Shown here in pieces: positions 10,308-19,207 of a stretch of DNA of 64,000 nt. The translations under genes and the position numbers were made by a program. The DNA is from Deltaproteobacteria bacterium (GTDB lineage: Bacteria; Myxococcota_A; Polyangia; Polyangiales; Houyiibacteriaceae), in assembly GCA_034670305.1 (NCBI GenBank), contig JAXMNT010000001.1, positions 306,970-370,969 on the forward strand. The letters are read 5' to 3'. The notes below the pieces were generated by a model. It was given only the letters and a program-made list of their open reading frames with translations. It had not been told where the DNA came from and did not search any database. Within the stretch, counting starts at the first letter, position 1. Each line of letters begins with the position of its first letter.

Positions 10308-11570
10308 ATGACTTCGACGAAGATTCCGAAGGCGGAGAGCTGGGCGACGGCCAAAGCCCGCGTGGGGCTCGAGCGCATTCGGGAGGCCCAGGACAAGCAG
10401 GTCTACCCGTACTTCAAACAGTTCGAGTCCGGTGGTCTGCACAGCACGATCGACGGCAAACCGGTCCTGAACTTCAGCTCGAACGACTACCTCGGACTGA
10501 CCACCCATCCAAAGGTCAAAGAAGCGTCGATCGAAGCGGTGAAGAAGTTCAGCTGCGGCCTCAGTTCGTCGCGGGTCCAGGCGACGACCACCGCCCACGT
10601 CGAACTCGAGGAACGGCTGGCCGCGTGGTTCGGGTACGAGAGCTGTCTCGTCTTCACCACCGGCTACCAGGCGATGCTCGGCACGTTGATGTCGCTGGCC
10701 GACAAAGACACCACCATCATTCTCGACAACCTCGCGCACGCCTGCATTCTCGACGGCACGTTCCTCGCCGCCGGCGTGCCGCGCAACGGCTGCGAGATCC
10801 GATTCTTCAACCACAACAGTGCACGTTCGCTCCGCCGCTGTTTGAAGACGCGCGAGCGCAAGAACGCGCTCGTCTGCATCGAGGGCATCTACTCGCTCGA
10901 TGGAGACGAAGCGAAGATCCTCGAGCTCGTCGAAGCGTGCGAAGAAGATCCAGGCGCGGTGCTCATCGTCGACGACGCGCACGGCACGGGCACCCTCGGC
11001 CAGGGCGGTCGGGGCATCCACGAGAAGTACGGCCTCGACGACACGCAGATCCCGATCGTGATCAGCACGTTCAGCAAGACCTTCGGCGGCATCGGCGGCA
11101 TCTTGCTCGGCGACCGCGAAGTCGTGGACCACGTCAAACACATGGCCCGCAGCTTTCTGTTCAGCGCCAGCTTGCCGGTGCCGGTCGTAGCGGCGGCGGC
11201 GACCATTTTGGACATGCTCGAAGACCACGGTGAAGAACTCGTCGCCGAGCTGCACGAGAAGGCGGCGTACATGCGCAAGTCGCTCTTGGAGATCGGTTTC
11301 GATCTCGGCATGAGCGACACCCACATCATGCCGGTGATGTGCAACGAGGAACGCAAAGCGCTCTTCACGCACGTGGCGATGCTCGAGAGCGGCGTGATGA
11401 TGGTGCCGATCACGTACCCAGGCGTGAAACTCGGCGAAGAACGGCTGCGCTTGAACGTCACCCGCGGACACTCGCGCGAAGACATGGACCAAGCGCTCGA
11501 ACTCCTGCAGATCTACGGCGAAGCGTTCTTCATTCTGAGCGGCGACGAACTCGACCCCATGGAGAGTTGA
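10308..11570 (+). CDS. PLP-dependent alpha-oxoamine synthase (serine palmitoyltransferase/BioF family)
   Basis: FSSNDYLGL, TTGYQA, HACI, EGIYSLDGD, DDAHG, TFSKTFG (PLP Lys). Confidence 0.88.
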   Translation: MTSTKIPKAESWATAKARVGLERIREAQDKQVYPYFKQFESGGLHSTIDGKPVLNFSSNDYLGLTTHPKVKEASIEAVKKFSCGLSSSRVQATTTAHVELEERLAAWFGYESCLVFTTGYQAMLGTLMSLADKDTTIILDNLAHACILDGTFLAAGVPRNGCEIRFFNHNSARSLRRCLKTRERKNALVCIEGIYSLDGDEAKILELVEACEEDPGAVLIVDDAHGTGTLGQGGRGIHEKYGLDDTQIPIVISTFSKTFGGIGGILLGDREVVDHVKHMARSFLFSASLPVPVVAAAATILDMLEDHGEELVAELHEKAAYMRKSLLEIGFDLGMSDTHIMPVMCNEERKALFTHVAMLESGVMMVPITYPGVKLGEERLRLNVTRGHSREDMDQALELLQIYGEAFFILSGDELDPMES

Positions 11571-11716
11571 GCCGAAGCAAAGCAGAGGCTCCCCTTGCCC
11601 TTGCCCGCGGTCCCCTTGCCCCTGCCCTTGCCCCTGCCCTTGCCCTCGGGTCGGAGTGAAGCCGACGCCGAAGCCGACGCCGAAGCCGAAGCCGAAGCCG
11701 AAGCCGAAGCCGAAGG
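11571..11716. repeat. Composite hexamer array (CCCTTG)n + (GAAGCC/GACGCC)n
   Basis: Directly visible immediately after the AOS stop. Confidence 0.9.
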
Positions 11717-11766
11717 CCGGGCACAACGCGTTGCGGCCTGGGGCGCGTGGTACAGAATGCGTTTCC

Positions 11767-12318
11767 ATGAGCCACCCGTTTTCCGGAGCTACGTTTGAAC
11801 GCGTCATCGCGATGCCCCGTGCAGAGCTCGAGCAGGTGATGCTCGAGGGAGCGACGCCGCAACGCGCGCATCTGGCCGGGTTCGAGTTTCGCGGCTTCAA
11901 CCCGCCGGCGTTCGCGAAGGCGCTTGGGTTTCAGAAGTTCATCAAGGGCTTCTTCGTCGACGCGGGCGATCAGCTGGCCGGATACAACCTCTTCGTCCGC
12001 GACGCGCGCAAAGGCCCTTCGGCGCCATGGGTCGCGAAGAAGGATGGTGGCCCATCCACCCGGCATGGCTTCTACGACGTGGTGCCGGTCAAGTCGGGCG
12101 GGCGCTACAGCGACTTCCCGAACGCGGTGCTGCTGGACTACGGGAGCGGGCGCAACAAACCGCTCGATCCGGAAGGGCGCATCCGCGACTTCCTCGTGCA
12201 GGTGGATCCGGACAACCCGGACCTCTACCTCGGCAAGGCGTTTCTCGACCTCGGGCTGACCCGCGTGTTCGCCAACTTCTTCATCATCGAGCGGCTGCGC
12301 GAAGCACCGCCTGGCTAA
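11767..12318 (+). CDS. Hypothetical protein
   Basis: Normal amino-acid composition after the repeat-derived N-terminus; motifs FRGFN, LLDYG, IRDFLVQV, YLGKA. Confidence 0.7.
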   Translation: MSHPFSGATFERVIAMPRAELEQVMLEGATPQRAHLAGFEFRGFNPPAFAKALGFQKFIKGFFVDAGDQLAGYNLFVRDARKGPSAPWVAKKDGGPSTRHGFYDVVPVKSGGRYSDFPNAVLLDYGSGRNKPLDPEGRIRDFLVQVDPDNPDLYLGKAFLDLGLTRVFANFFIIERLREAPPG

Positions 12319-12319
12319 C

Positions 12320-12657
12320 TGGCAGCCTGCCCCTTGCCCCTGCCCTTGCCTTTGCCCTTGCCCGCGGATCAGCGGTCAGATCCTGATCAGCGCGACGAGC
12401 ATCGCGACGACCTGCTTGAGGTGGGCGAGAGCCCGTTCGATATTTCTTGGTTCGCCGCCTACCTGGCCGGCGCCGCATTACAACCTCCTACGCGTCGCGC
12501 GGCTGCGGAGCTGCGCCGCGTAGCTGCCCGGCGGCTTCGTCCGCTGGGCATCAGGCTCCGATTCGCCGTCGCGAAAACACACGGCGTCCACGACGCGGGC
12601 AAGGGCACGGGCAAGGGCAACGGCAAGGGAGCAGGTCGCTTTTCAGCGACCTGCTAG
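12320..12657. mobile_element. Repeat-bounded element with about 40-bp imperfect inverted hexamer arms, terminal hairpin AGCAGGTCGCT-TTTC-AGCGACCTGCT and CTAG end
   Basis: Left arm 12327-12366 is the imperfect reverse complement of right arm 12594-12635; 12541-12657 recurs inverted at 63874-63996. Confidence 0.6.
12376..12477 (-). pseudogene. Possible C-terminal remnant of a four-helix-bundle (23S rRNA IVP/Avd-like) gene
   Basis: Minus strand reads *CGAGQVGGEPRNIERALAHLKQVVAMLVALIRI*, resembling the 4HB C-terminal helix (..ll.rivAMLt.L); short, judged by eye. Confidence 0.35.
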
Positions 12658-13322
12658 AGGCGAACGGCGTCGAGCTCGACTTCGGCGAAGCTGCCGGTGT
12701 CGCTGATGCGGACGCGGCGTGCGAAGAAGTCGACGTCCACCGCCGGGTCGCCGTCTGAGTCGGTGTGGCTGGTGTCGAGCGCGCGGGTGGGCACGCCGTC
12801 TTCGATCTCGCACGGCGCGTAGCCGGCCGACTGACCTTCGTCGGGGTAGAGCACGACGCCATCGCACATCACGCGCACCAGACAGTTGAACTGGCGGGCA
12901 CGCACCGGCAGCACGCGCACACTGCACATGGCGCCATGCGACGGCCCGATCCCGTTCGCGGTCGTCAAGCGCCCGCGGATGGTGGTGGGTCCGAACGGCG
13001 CGCCGGTCCCCGCGTCCTGGGTACCGTAGCTCCGGCGCATCGCGAACATCTGGGGGTCTTCGGTGGTCTCGTTGGCTGCCGCGTAGTTCGCCGGATCGCC
13101 GTGCATCGGTCGGCCGGTCGCCGAGGACACGCCGCCCGTGGCGCCTTGCCAAGGCACGCCTGCGTCGAGGTCGCCGGTTCGCCACGCGAGCTCGGTGTCG
13201 TCCACTGCCGCACCACGTTCGCTGACCATGTCGGAGCCGAGCACCAACCACAGACTCGATCCGATCCCTGCGAGCACCAGAAGTGCGAAGGCCCAGAGGG
13301 AAGGTCGGATGGAATCATTCAT
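12654..13322 (-). CDS. Membrane-anchored hypothetical protein with Cys-containing C-terminal domain
   Basis: N-terminal TM; CSVRV..FNCLVRVMCDG..LYP..GYAPC; stop overlaps the element CTAG. Confidence 0.7.
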   Translation of the reverse strand: MNDSIRPSLWAFALLVLAGIGSSLWLVLGSDMVSERGAAVDDTELAWRTGDLDAGVPWQGATGGVSSATGRPMHGDPANYAAANETTEDPQMFAMRRSYGTQDAGTGAPFGPTTIRGRLTTANGIGPSHGAMCSVRVLPVRARQFNCLVRVMCDGVVLYPDEGQSAGYAPCEIEDGVPTRALDTSHTDSDGDPAVDVDFFARRVRISDTGSFAEVELDAVRL

Positions 13323-13501
13323 GAGGTGACAGTGAGACAACGCGCAGGTCGAAGAGTTCTTTCACCCAATGGAACGTTTCTTCCCCCACACCTTTGTTCC
13401 CTGCGGCCCGATGCCAAGACCGCATCCCTCTCGAACGCTCGCGCCCGGCGATTTTTGAGATGTGTTCTGGCCTGGCCGACCGTCCACGCTAGCATGCGCC
13501 C

Positions 13502-14314
13502 ATGTCTCTCGTGACCCTTCGAACCAGCGCTTTGTGCGCGCTTCCCCTTCTGCTCGTCAGCTGCCGCTCGGCCGAGCCCCGCGAGACGCCGCGCGTCATC
13601 GAGGATCCGGAAACGGGACAGTCGGGAATCGTCGCGCCGCAGACCCCCGCCCACATGATCGGGGCGCCGCAGCGGCCGACTCCGCCCCCGCGCGCCGATC
13701 AAGCCAACCACTTTCAACCGACCCAACAGCCGGCTCAGGCGGCACCGCATCCGGGGTTGCGCAACCCTTCGCTCGCCACCGAGCAAGCGCCCGCCACCTA
13801 CGCGGTCGAGCTGAACACGACCAAGGGACCAGTCGTCATCGACGTCACCCGGAGCTGGGCGCCGAACGGGGCCGACCGCTTCTACAACCTCGTGCGGGTC
13901 GGGTACTTCACGGACGTCGCGTTCTTCCGGGTCATCGAAGGGTTCATGGCCCAGGGCGGCCTCTCAGGAGACCCGGCGTTGAACCGCGTGTGGCGTGCCG
14001 CCTCCATCCCCGACGATCCCGTTCGTCAGAGCAACCTCCGCGGCATGGTCACCTTCGCGACCAGCGGACCGGACTCGCGCAGCAACCAGTTCTTCATCAA
14101 CTTCGGCAACAACGCGCGACTCGACGACATGGGCTTCTCGCCCTTCGGTCGCGTGCGCGACATGGCGGCGGTCGATGGCTTCTTCAAGGGGTACGGCGAA
14201 GGCGCGCCGCGCGGTCGCGGCCCGAACCAGGCCCTCATCCAAGAGCAGGGCAACACCTACCTGCGCGCCCAGTTCCCGAACCTCGACTACATCCGCAGCG
14301 CCCGCATTCTCTAG
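13502..14314 (+). CDS. Cyclophilin-type peptidyl-prolyl cis-trans isomerase, lipoprotein
   Basis: LLVSC lipobox; WAPNGADRFYNLV, FFRVIEGFMAQGG, RSNQFFIN, FSPFGRV. Confidence 0.93.
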   Translation: MSLVTLRTSALCALPLLLVSCRSAEPRETPRVIEDPETGQSGIVAPQTPAHMIGAPQRPTPPPRADQANHFQPTQQPAQAAPHPGLRNPSLATEQAPATYAVELNTTKGPVVIDVTRSWAPNGADRFYNLVRVGYFTDVAFFRVIEGFMAQGGLSGDPALNRVWRAASIPDDPVRQSNLRGMVTFATSGPDSRSNQFFINFGNNARLDDMGFSPFGRVRDMAAVDGFFKGYGEGAPRGRGPNQALIQEQGNTYLRAQFPNLDYIRSARIL

Positions 14315-14402
14315 GGAGTGTCTTCAAAGCCGGGCGAAGCCGGGCGTACGTAGACGCGCACGTAGGCCGGGCCCTACGGCCCGACCCGTTGAAGACACTC
14401 CC
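14314..14402. mobile_element. 89-bp MITE-like element with perfect 14-bp terminal inverted repeats
   Basis: GGGAGTGTCTTCAA (14314-14327) ... TTGAAGACACTCCC (14389-14402); CTAG on the left, CGAG on the right. Confidence 0.7.
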
Positions 14403-14470
14403 GAGTCGGCGAAGCTCAACGGTGCGGGACAGTCCGCTGGTCGAGCGTCCACCTCTGATACAATCGCGCG

Positions 14471-15481
14471 GTGTTTCCGCGGATCGTCCTGCTCTTGGGG
14501 GCTTCGGTGCTGGCTGCATTCGGCGCAGAGGCACGCGAAGGGGAGGGTGACCAAGGTGTCGACGCTGAAGTAGACGTCGCTGAGTCCGCCGCTGAATCCG
14601 ACGCCGTAGCCGAAGCCGATGCCGATGCCGAATCCGACGCCGATGGCGAAGCCGAAGCCGATGCCGAAGCCGAAGCCGCAGCCGAAGCCGATGCCGATGC
14701 CGATGCCGATGCCGATGCCGATGCCGATGCCGACTCTTTGGAGCGTGCTTGGTTGCCGGAGACGCGAGACTGCCGCCGGCGGGGGCGAAGGCGCTACTGC
14801 GATGGGCCGCGGATCATGCCCGCGCCGCAGGGCGCTGCGGCCGAGCGGGCCCGCACTTGGAACCTGAACACGCGCGACAGCTACTACGAGATCCTGGGCC
14901 ACGCGGCCGATCCCAACCTGCTCGCGAGCGTCCAGGGCACCGCCGAAGAGACGCTGCAGTGGCCGGTGCCGCGCGGGTTTCCTGGTCGCGGTTTCGGGTA
15001 CACGCGGCGGGCGCGCCTCGCCGACCGCATCCACCGGGGACTCGACATTCCGGCGGACGAAGGCGCCGACGTGTTGGCCGCGAACGCCGGCTTGGTGATC
15101 TACGCGGACAACCAGATGCGCGGGTACGGCAACTTGATCGTCCTGCTGCACCCCGACGACACCCGCACGCTCTACGCCCACCTCTTGGACGGGCAGGTGG
15201 CCGCGGGGGAGTTCGTGGAACGCGGTCGGTTGATCGGGCACGTCGGGGAGACCGGGCTCGCGCGCGCACCGCATCTGCACTTCGAGTATCGAAAGCGCGC
15301 GGTGCCCCGCAATCCGATTCGCCGGTTCGCGGACCGGCCCGATGCCGAGACCGTCGATGTGCTGCAACGTGAACAGGCGGCGCGCCGTCGCGAGAGCGAA
15401 GCCCGACTCGCGGAAGCCCGCGCCCGAGCGGAACGGAACGCTGCCCGCCGCGCCGCCCGAGCCGCTTCCCCAGGCAGCTGA
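14471..15481 (+). CDS. M23 family metallopeptidase with acidic Ala-Asp/Glu linker
   Basis: HRGLDI (HxxxD), GYGN, LYAHL, PHLHFE (HxH); signal peptide. Confidence 0.9.
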   Translation: MFPRIVLLLGASVLAAFGAEAREGEGDQGVDAEVDVAESAAESDAVAEADADAESDADGEAEADAEAEAAAEADADADADADADADADSLERAWLPETRDCRRRGRRRYCDGPRIMPAPQGAAAERARTWNLNTRDSYYEILGHAADPNLLASVQGTAEETLQWPVPRGFPGRGFGYTRRARLADRIHRGLDIPADEGADVLAANAGLVIYADNQMRGYGNLIVLLHPDDTRTLYAHLLDGQVAAGEFVERGRLIGHVGETGLARAPHLHFEYRKRAVPRNPIRRFADRPDAETVDVLQREQAARRRESEARLAEARARAERNAARRAARAASPGS

Positions 15482-15665
15482 CCGGCAGCTGACCAGGCAC
15501 CTGACCCGCGCAGCCACGCAGCGCCACGCAGCGTCACGCAGCGCAGCGGATCCACGCGGCGGTCGACCCTGCCGGCTCGACGGTCCGGTGTCGTATGCTA
15601 TCCCACACGCTTGGCCGCCAAGGCGGCCGGCTGCCCGAGGTTTGGGAGCCATTCGAGGTCATTTC

Positions 15666-17423
15666 ATGCGTTCCCTGTTCCGCTACTGCCTTTCCTTCGC
15701 TCTTCTTGCGGGCTGCGTCGCCGATGCGGCGCCCGAAGAAGCGGGGTCCATCGTGCCGCTGGTCGACGGCGGGAGCCCGGAGGAAGCCGGCATCGTCGCG
15801 TTCCTCAACGATGCGGCGACCACGCAGGTCCTGCTCGACGACGACGTGGGGCTCGACCGCCGCGCGGCTTCGAACCTCATCCGCCGCCGCGACGACGCAC
15901 CCTTCGAGAACATCGAGCAGGTGGACGCGGTCGCGTACGTCGGCCCGACCGCCCTGCAGAAGCTGCTCGACTGGGCCCGCAACGAAGGCTGGATCGAGAC
16001 CGAGACGACCGACCGCGACGCGGCCATCCTCGCGCTCGTCAACGACGCCGACACCGATCTGGTGTTGCTCGACGACGACGTGGGGCTCGATGCCCGGGCG
16101 GCGCGGAACATCATCGACGCGCGTGCCGGCGCCGACCTGACCCTCGGCACCGCGGACGACGAGACCATCGCCAGCATCGCGGCGCTCGACGCGATCTCCT
16201 ACGTCGGGCCAAGTGCGCTCGACAAACTCGCGACCTACGCGCTCGCGAACGGCTACGGCGAAGGGGAACCGCCGCCGCCCACCGGAACGGGCTGCGCGAT
16301 CATCAGCGAGTACCTCGAGGGCTCCGGCAACAACAACAAGGCCGTCGAGGTCTTCAACTGCGGCACCGACGCGCTCGATCTCTCGACCCTCTCGCTCTGC
16401 CTCGTGCGCAACGCGGACACCACCTGCGGCGCGACCAGCGCACTCGGCAGCGGCATGCTCGCGCCGGGGGCGGTGTGGACCGTCTGCCGCACCTTGGAGG
16501 GCACCCTCAACGATCCGTACACGTCGCTCACCAACCGCTGCGACCAGCCGGTCGGCAGCGCGGTCTACTTCAACGGCGACGACCGCTTGGTGCTCTTCGA
16601 CGACCTCGACACCGACGGCGCGCTCGGTGGTGAAGACACCGTCTACGACGTCTTCGGCGACACGATGGTGCGACCGAGCGACACGATCTGGGCGGAGCGC
16701 AGCCTGCGCCGATGCCGCCTCGAGCCGCACGCGGACGGTCCCTTCGACATGGACGACTACTTCACCCAGCACGGCTCGAGCGACTCGACCCACTTCGGTC
16801 TGCCGCCGAACGACGACTGCGGCGAGCGGCACGTCGGCGCGGAAGGCGACGACTGCCTCGCGCACGAGGGCTGCGCCGAAGGACTGCGCTGCTACGGCCG
16901 GCCGAACGACGGTTCGACGCCGTACGGCAAGTGCATCGACACCACGCCCATTCCGGGCGAAGGCGCGACGTGCGACCAGTACACCCCGTGCGCCGAGGGA
17001 CTCATCTGCGCTGGCTGGACGCTCTGGGGCGAAGGCAACTGCAACCCCGGCTGGATGGCGGGCCGGTACCGCTCCGAAGGTCCGGCGCCGATCCACGATC
17101 CGCCCTCCGGTGGCATCGCCCCGTCGGTGACGGTCTACGGACTCGCGTCGGTGCCCGTCGACATCGAGGTGATGCTGCACATCGACCACCCGCGGCCGCA
17201 GGATCTGCGTGTGACGCTCTTGGATCCTTCGGGGACCGACGCGGTGCTCTGGGACCAGACGACCGAGCTCGAGGAGTGGAGCCGCAGCTTCGTCACGACG
17301 GGCAACATCTCCCGCGACGACGAGGTCAATGGACGTTGGCACCTGCGCATCGAAGACCTGGTCGCGGGTCAGACCGGCGTCTGGCACGAGTGGTCGCTCT
17401 TCGTCGTCTCGCGCTGGGACTGA
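15666..17423 (+). CDS. Lipoprotein with 2 HhH-like repeats, lamin-tail-like domain, Cys-rich region and proprotein convertase P-domain
   Basis: LLAGC lipobox; duplicated LLDDDVGLD.RAA.N..YVGP.AL.KL; IISEYLEGSGNNNKAVEVFN; IDHPRPQDLRVTL..NGRWHLRIED. Confidence 0.78.
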   Translation: MRSLFRYCLSFALLAGCVADAAPEEAGSIVPLVDGGSPEEAGIVAFLNDAATTQVLLDDDVGLDRRAASNLIRRRDDAPFENIEQVDAVAYVGPTALQKLLDWARNEGWIETETTDRDAAILALVNDADTDLVLLDDDVGLDARAARNIIDARAGADLTLGTADDETIASIAALDAISYVGPSALDKLATYALANGYGEGEPPPPTGTGCAIISEYLEGSGNNNKAVEVFNCGTDALDLSTLSLCLVRNADTTCGATSALGSGMLAPGAVWTVCRTLEGTLNDPYTSLTNRCDQPVGSAVYFNGDDRLVLFDDLDTDGALGGEDTVYDVFGDTMVRPSDTIWAERSLRRCRLEPHADGPFDMDDYFTQHGSSDSTHFGLPPNDDCGERHVGAEGDDCLAHEGCAEGLRCYGRPNDGSTPYGKCIDTTPIPGEGATCDQYTPCAEGLICAGWTLWGEGNCNPGWMAGRYRSEGPAPIHDPPSGGIAPSVTVYGLASVPVDIEVMLHIDHPRPQDLRVTLLDPSGTDAVLWDQTTELEEWSRSFVTTGNISRDDEVNGRWHLRIEDLVAGQTGVWHEWSLFVVSRWD

Positions 17424-17445
17424 TGCGGAGCGAGGCAACCGTTCG

Positions 17446-18315
17446 ATGAGGTACGAAGGCCGCATCTACCGTCCGCCCTCGGAGGCGGACGCGTTCATCC
17501 TCCAGGCGACGATCGGGTGCAGCCACAACCTCTGCACCTACTGCGACATGTACCGGGCGAAGTCGTTCCGGGTGCGCGACCTGCAAGAGACCTTGGCCGA
17601 CATCGACGCGGTCGCGGCGGAGGTCGGGGACCGGGTCGAGAAGGTCTTCGTCGCGGACGGGGACGCGCTCGTACTTCCGATGGACCACTGGGTCCCCATC
17701 CTCGAGCGCTGCCGCACGTCGTTCCCGCGCCTGCGCCGGGTGAGCTGCTACGCGATGGCCCGCAACGTCGCCGGCAAGACCGACGCTGAGCTCTCGCAGC
17801 TCCGGCAGCTCGGGCTCACCACGCTCTACATCGGTCCGGAGAGCGGCGACGACCGGACCCTGAAACGCATCGTGAAGGGCGACACCTTCGACGGTCACGT
17901 GGAAGCAGCGCGCCGGGCCCACGAGGCGGGTTTGAAGCTCAGTGTGATCGCCCTGCTCGGCATCGGCATGGACCGCTCCGACGAACACGCGCGCGCGACC
18001 GCGAAGCTGGTCACCGAGATGGACCCGGCGTACTTCGCCGCGTTGACGGTCACTGTGGTCCCGGGCACGCCGCTCGCGAAGTTGAGCCAGAAGGGCCGCT
18101 TCGAAGTGCCCCCGATCGAAGGCCTGCTCGGCGAGCTGCGGACCATGGTCGATCTGGCCCGCCCGACGGACGCGATCTTCCGAACCAACCACGCCAGCAA
18201 CTACCTCCCGCTCGGCGGCCGGCTCCCTCGCGACCGGGCGCGCATCGTCGAAGTCATCGACGCGGCCCTCGCCGGCACCATCCCGCTGAGACCCGAACGC
18301 CACCGCGGGTTGTAG
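17446..18315 (+). CDS. Radical SAM protein
   Basis: YRPPSEA..GCSHNLCTYCDMY (CxxxCxxC), YIGPESG, NHASNY. Confidence 0.9.
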   Translation: MRYEGRIYRPPSEADAFILQATIGCSHNLCTYCDMYRAKSFRVRDLQETLADIDAVAAEVGDRVEKVFVADGDALVLPMDHWVPILERCRTSFPRLRRVSCYAMARNVAGKTDAELSQLRQLGLTTLYIGPESGDDRTLKRIVKGDTFDGHVEAARRAHEAGLKLSVIALLGIGMDRSDEHARATAKLVTEMDPAYFAALTVTVVPGTPLAKLSQKGRFEVPPIEGLLGELRTMVDLARPTDAIFRTNHASNYLPLGGRLPRDRARIVEVIDAALAGTIPLRPERHRGL

Positions 18316-18324
18316 CCCCGCCAC

Positions 18325-18470
18325 GGGGTCGGCTTCGGGGTCGTCGGGTTCTGGTTCGGCTTCGGCGTCTGCTTCGGCTTCGGCTTCGGCATCGGGGTCG
18401 GCATCGGCATCGGCATCGCGGTCGGCATCGGCCTCGGCATCAGCATCGGCATCGCGGTCGGCCTCGGCGC
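18325..18470. repeat. Hexamer array (GGCTTC/GGCATC)n
   Basis: Directly visible after the radical SAM stop. Confidence 0.88.
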
Positions 18471-18634
18471 CCCTTTCCGCACCGAATCCTGTTCTGACGT
18501 AGGCTCCCGGCTGGGCTGACCGCTCTCTGAAAGGGCGGCGGGGAAGGGCTCAGACCTCCTTGGGAGGCTGGGCCGAGACGCGGATCGAGAAAATCCGGTC
18601 ACGAAGTTCGGACACGTGGCCACGTGGGGGTGTG

Positions 18635-19207
18635 ATGGCAATCGAATCAGGATCCGCGTCCAGCGGAGTCGAGGCGGACCCGATCGCGGTCCTCATCCAC
18701 GCGGGGCGGCATCGCGAAGCCATCTCCGAGTGCGTGAGGCACCACGGGGCACCGGTGGGTCGGATGTGCATGGCGCTCTTGGGGGATCAGGCGGAAGCCG
18801 AAGAGACCCTCCAGGAAGCCATGCTCGCGGCCTATCAATCCATGGCGACCTGGCGCGCCGAAGGCAGCGTGCGGGCGTGGCTCTACGGCATCGCCCGCCG
18901 CATGTGTGCGCGGCGACTTGCCAAACGGGTCCGCCGAGAACGCCGCCTTCGGCTCGTGCACGACGCCGGCACCACCGCCGCCCTTCCGGACGCGGTGGTC
19001 GAGACGCGTCGGCGTGCCGCAGCGCTGAGAGAAGCGCTCGAGGAACTCAAACCCTCTGACCGCGAAGCACTCCTGCTTCGCTACGAGAGTGGTTTGAGCT
19101 TCCGGGAGATCGCCGCGGTCTGCGGCATCGATGAACCCGCGGCCCGCAAACGCGCCAGCCGTGCCCTCGTGCGCCTCCGCACCCTCCTTCCCCAAACCGA
19201 ACTGTGA
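18635..19207 (+). CDS. ECF RNA polymerase sigma factor
   Basis: Region 2 AEETLQEAML..RAWLYGIAR; region 4 LKPSDREALLLRY..GLSFREIA. Confidence 0.9.
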   Translation: MAIESGSASSGVEADPIAVLIHAGRHREAISECVRHHGAPVGRMCMALLGDQAEAEETLQEAMLAAYQSMATWRAEGSVRAWLYGIARRMCARRLAKRVRRERRLRLVHDAGTTAALPDAVVETRRRAAALREALEELKPSDREALLLRYESGLSFREIAAVCGIDEPAARKRASRALVRLRTLLPQTEL

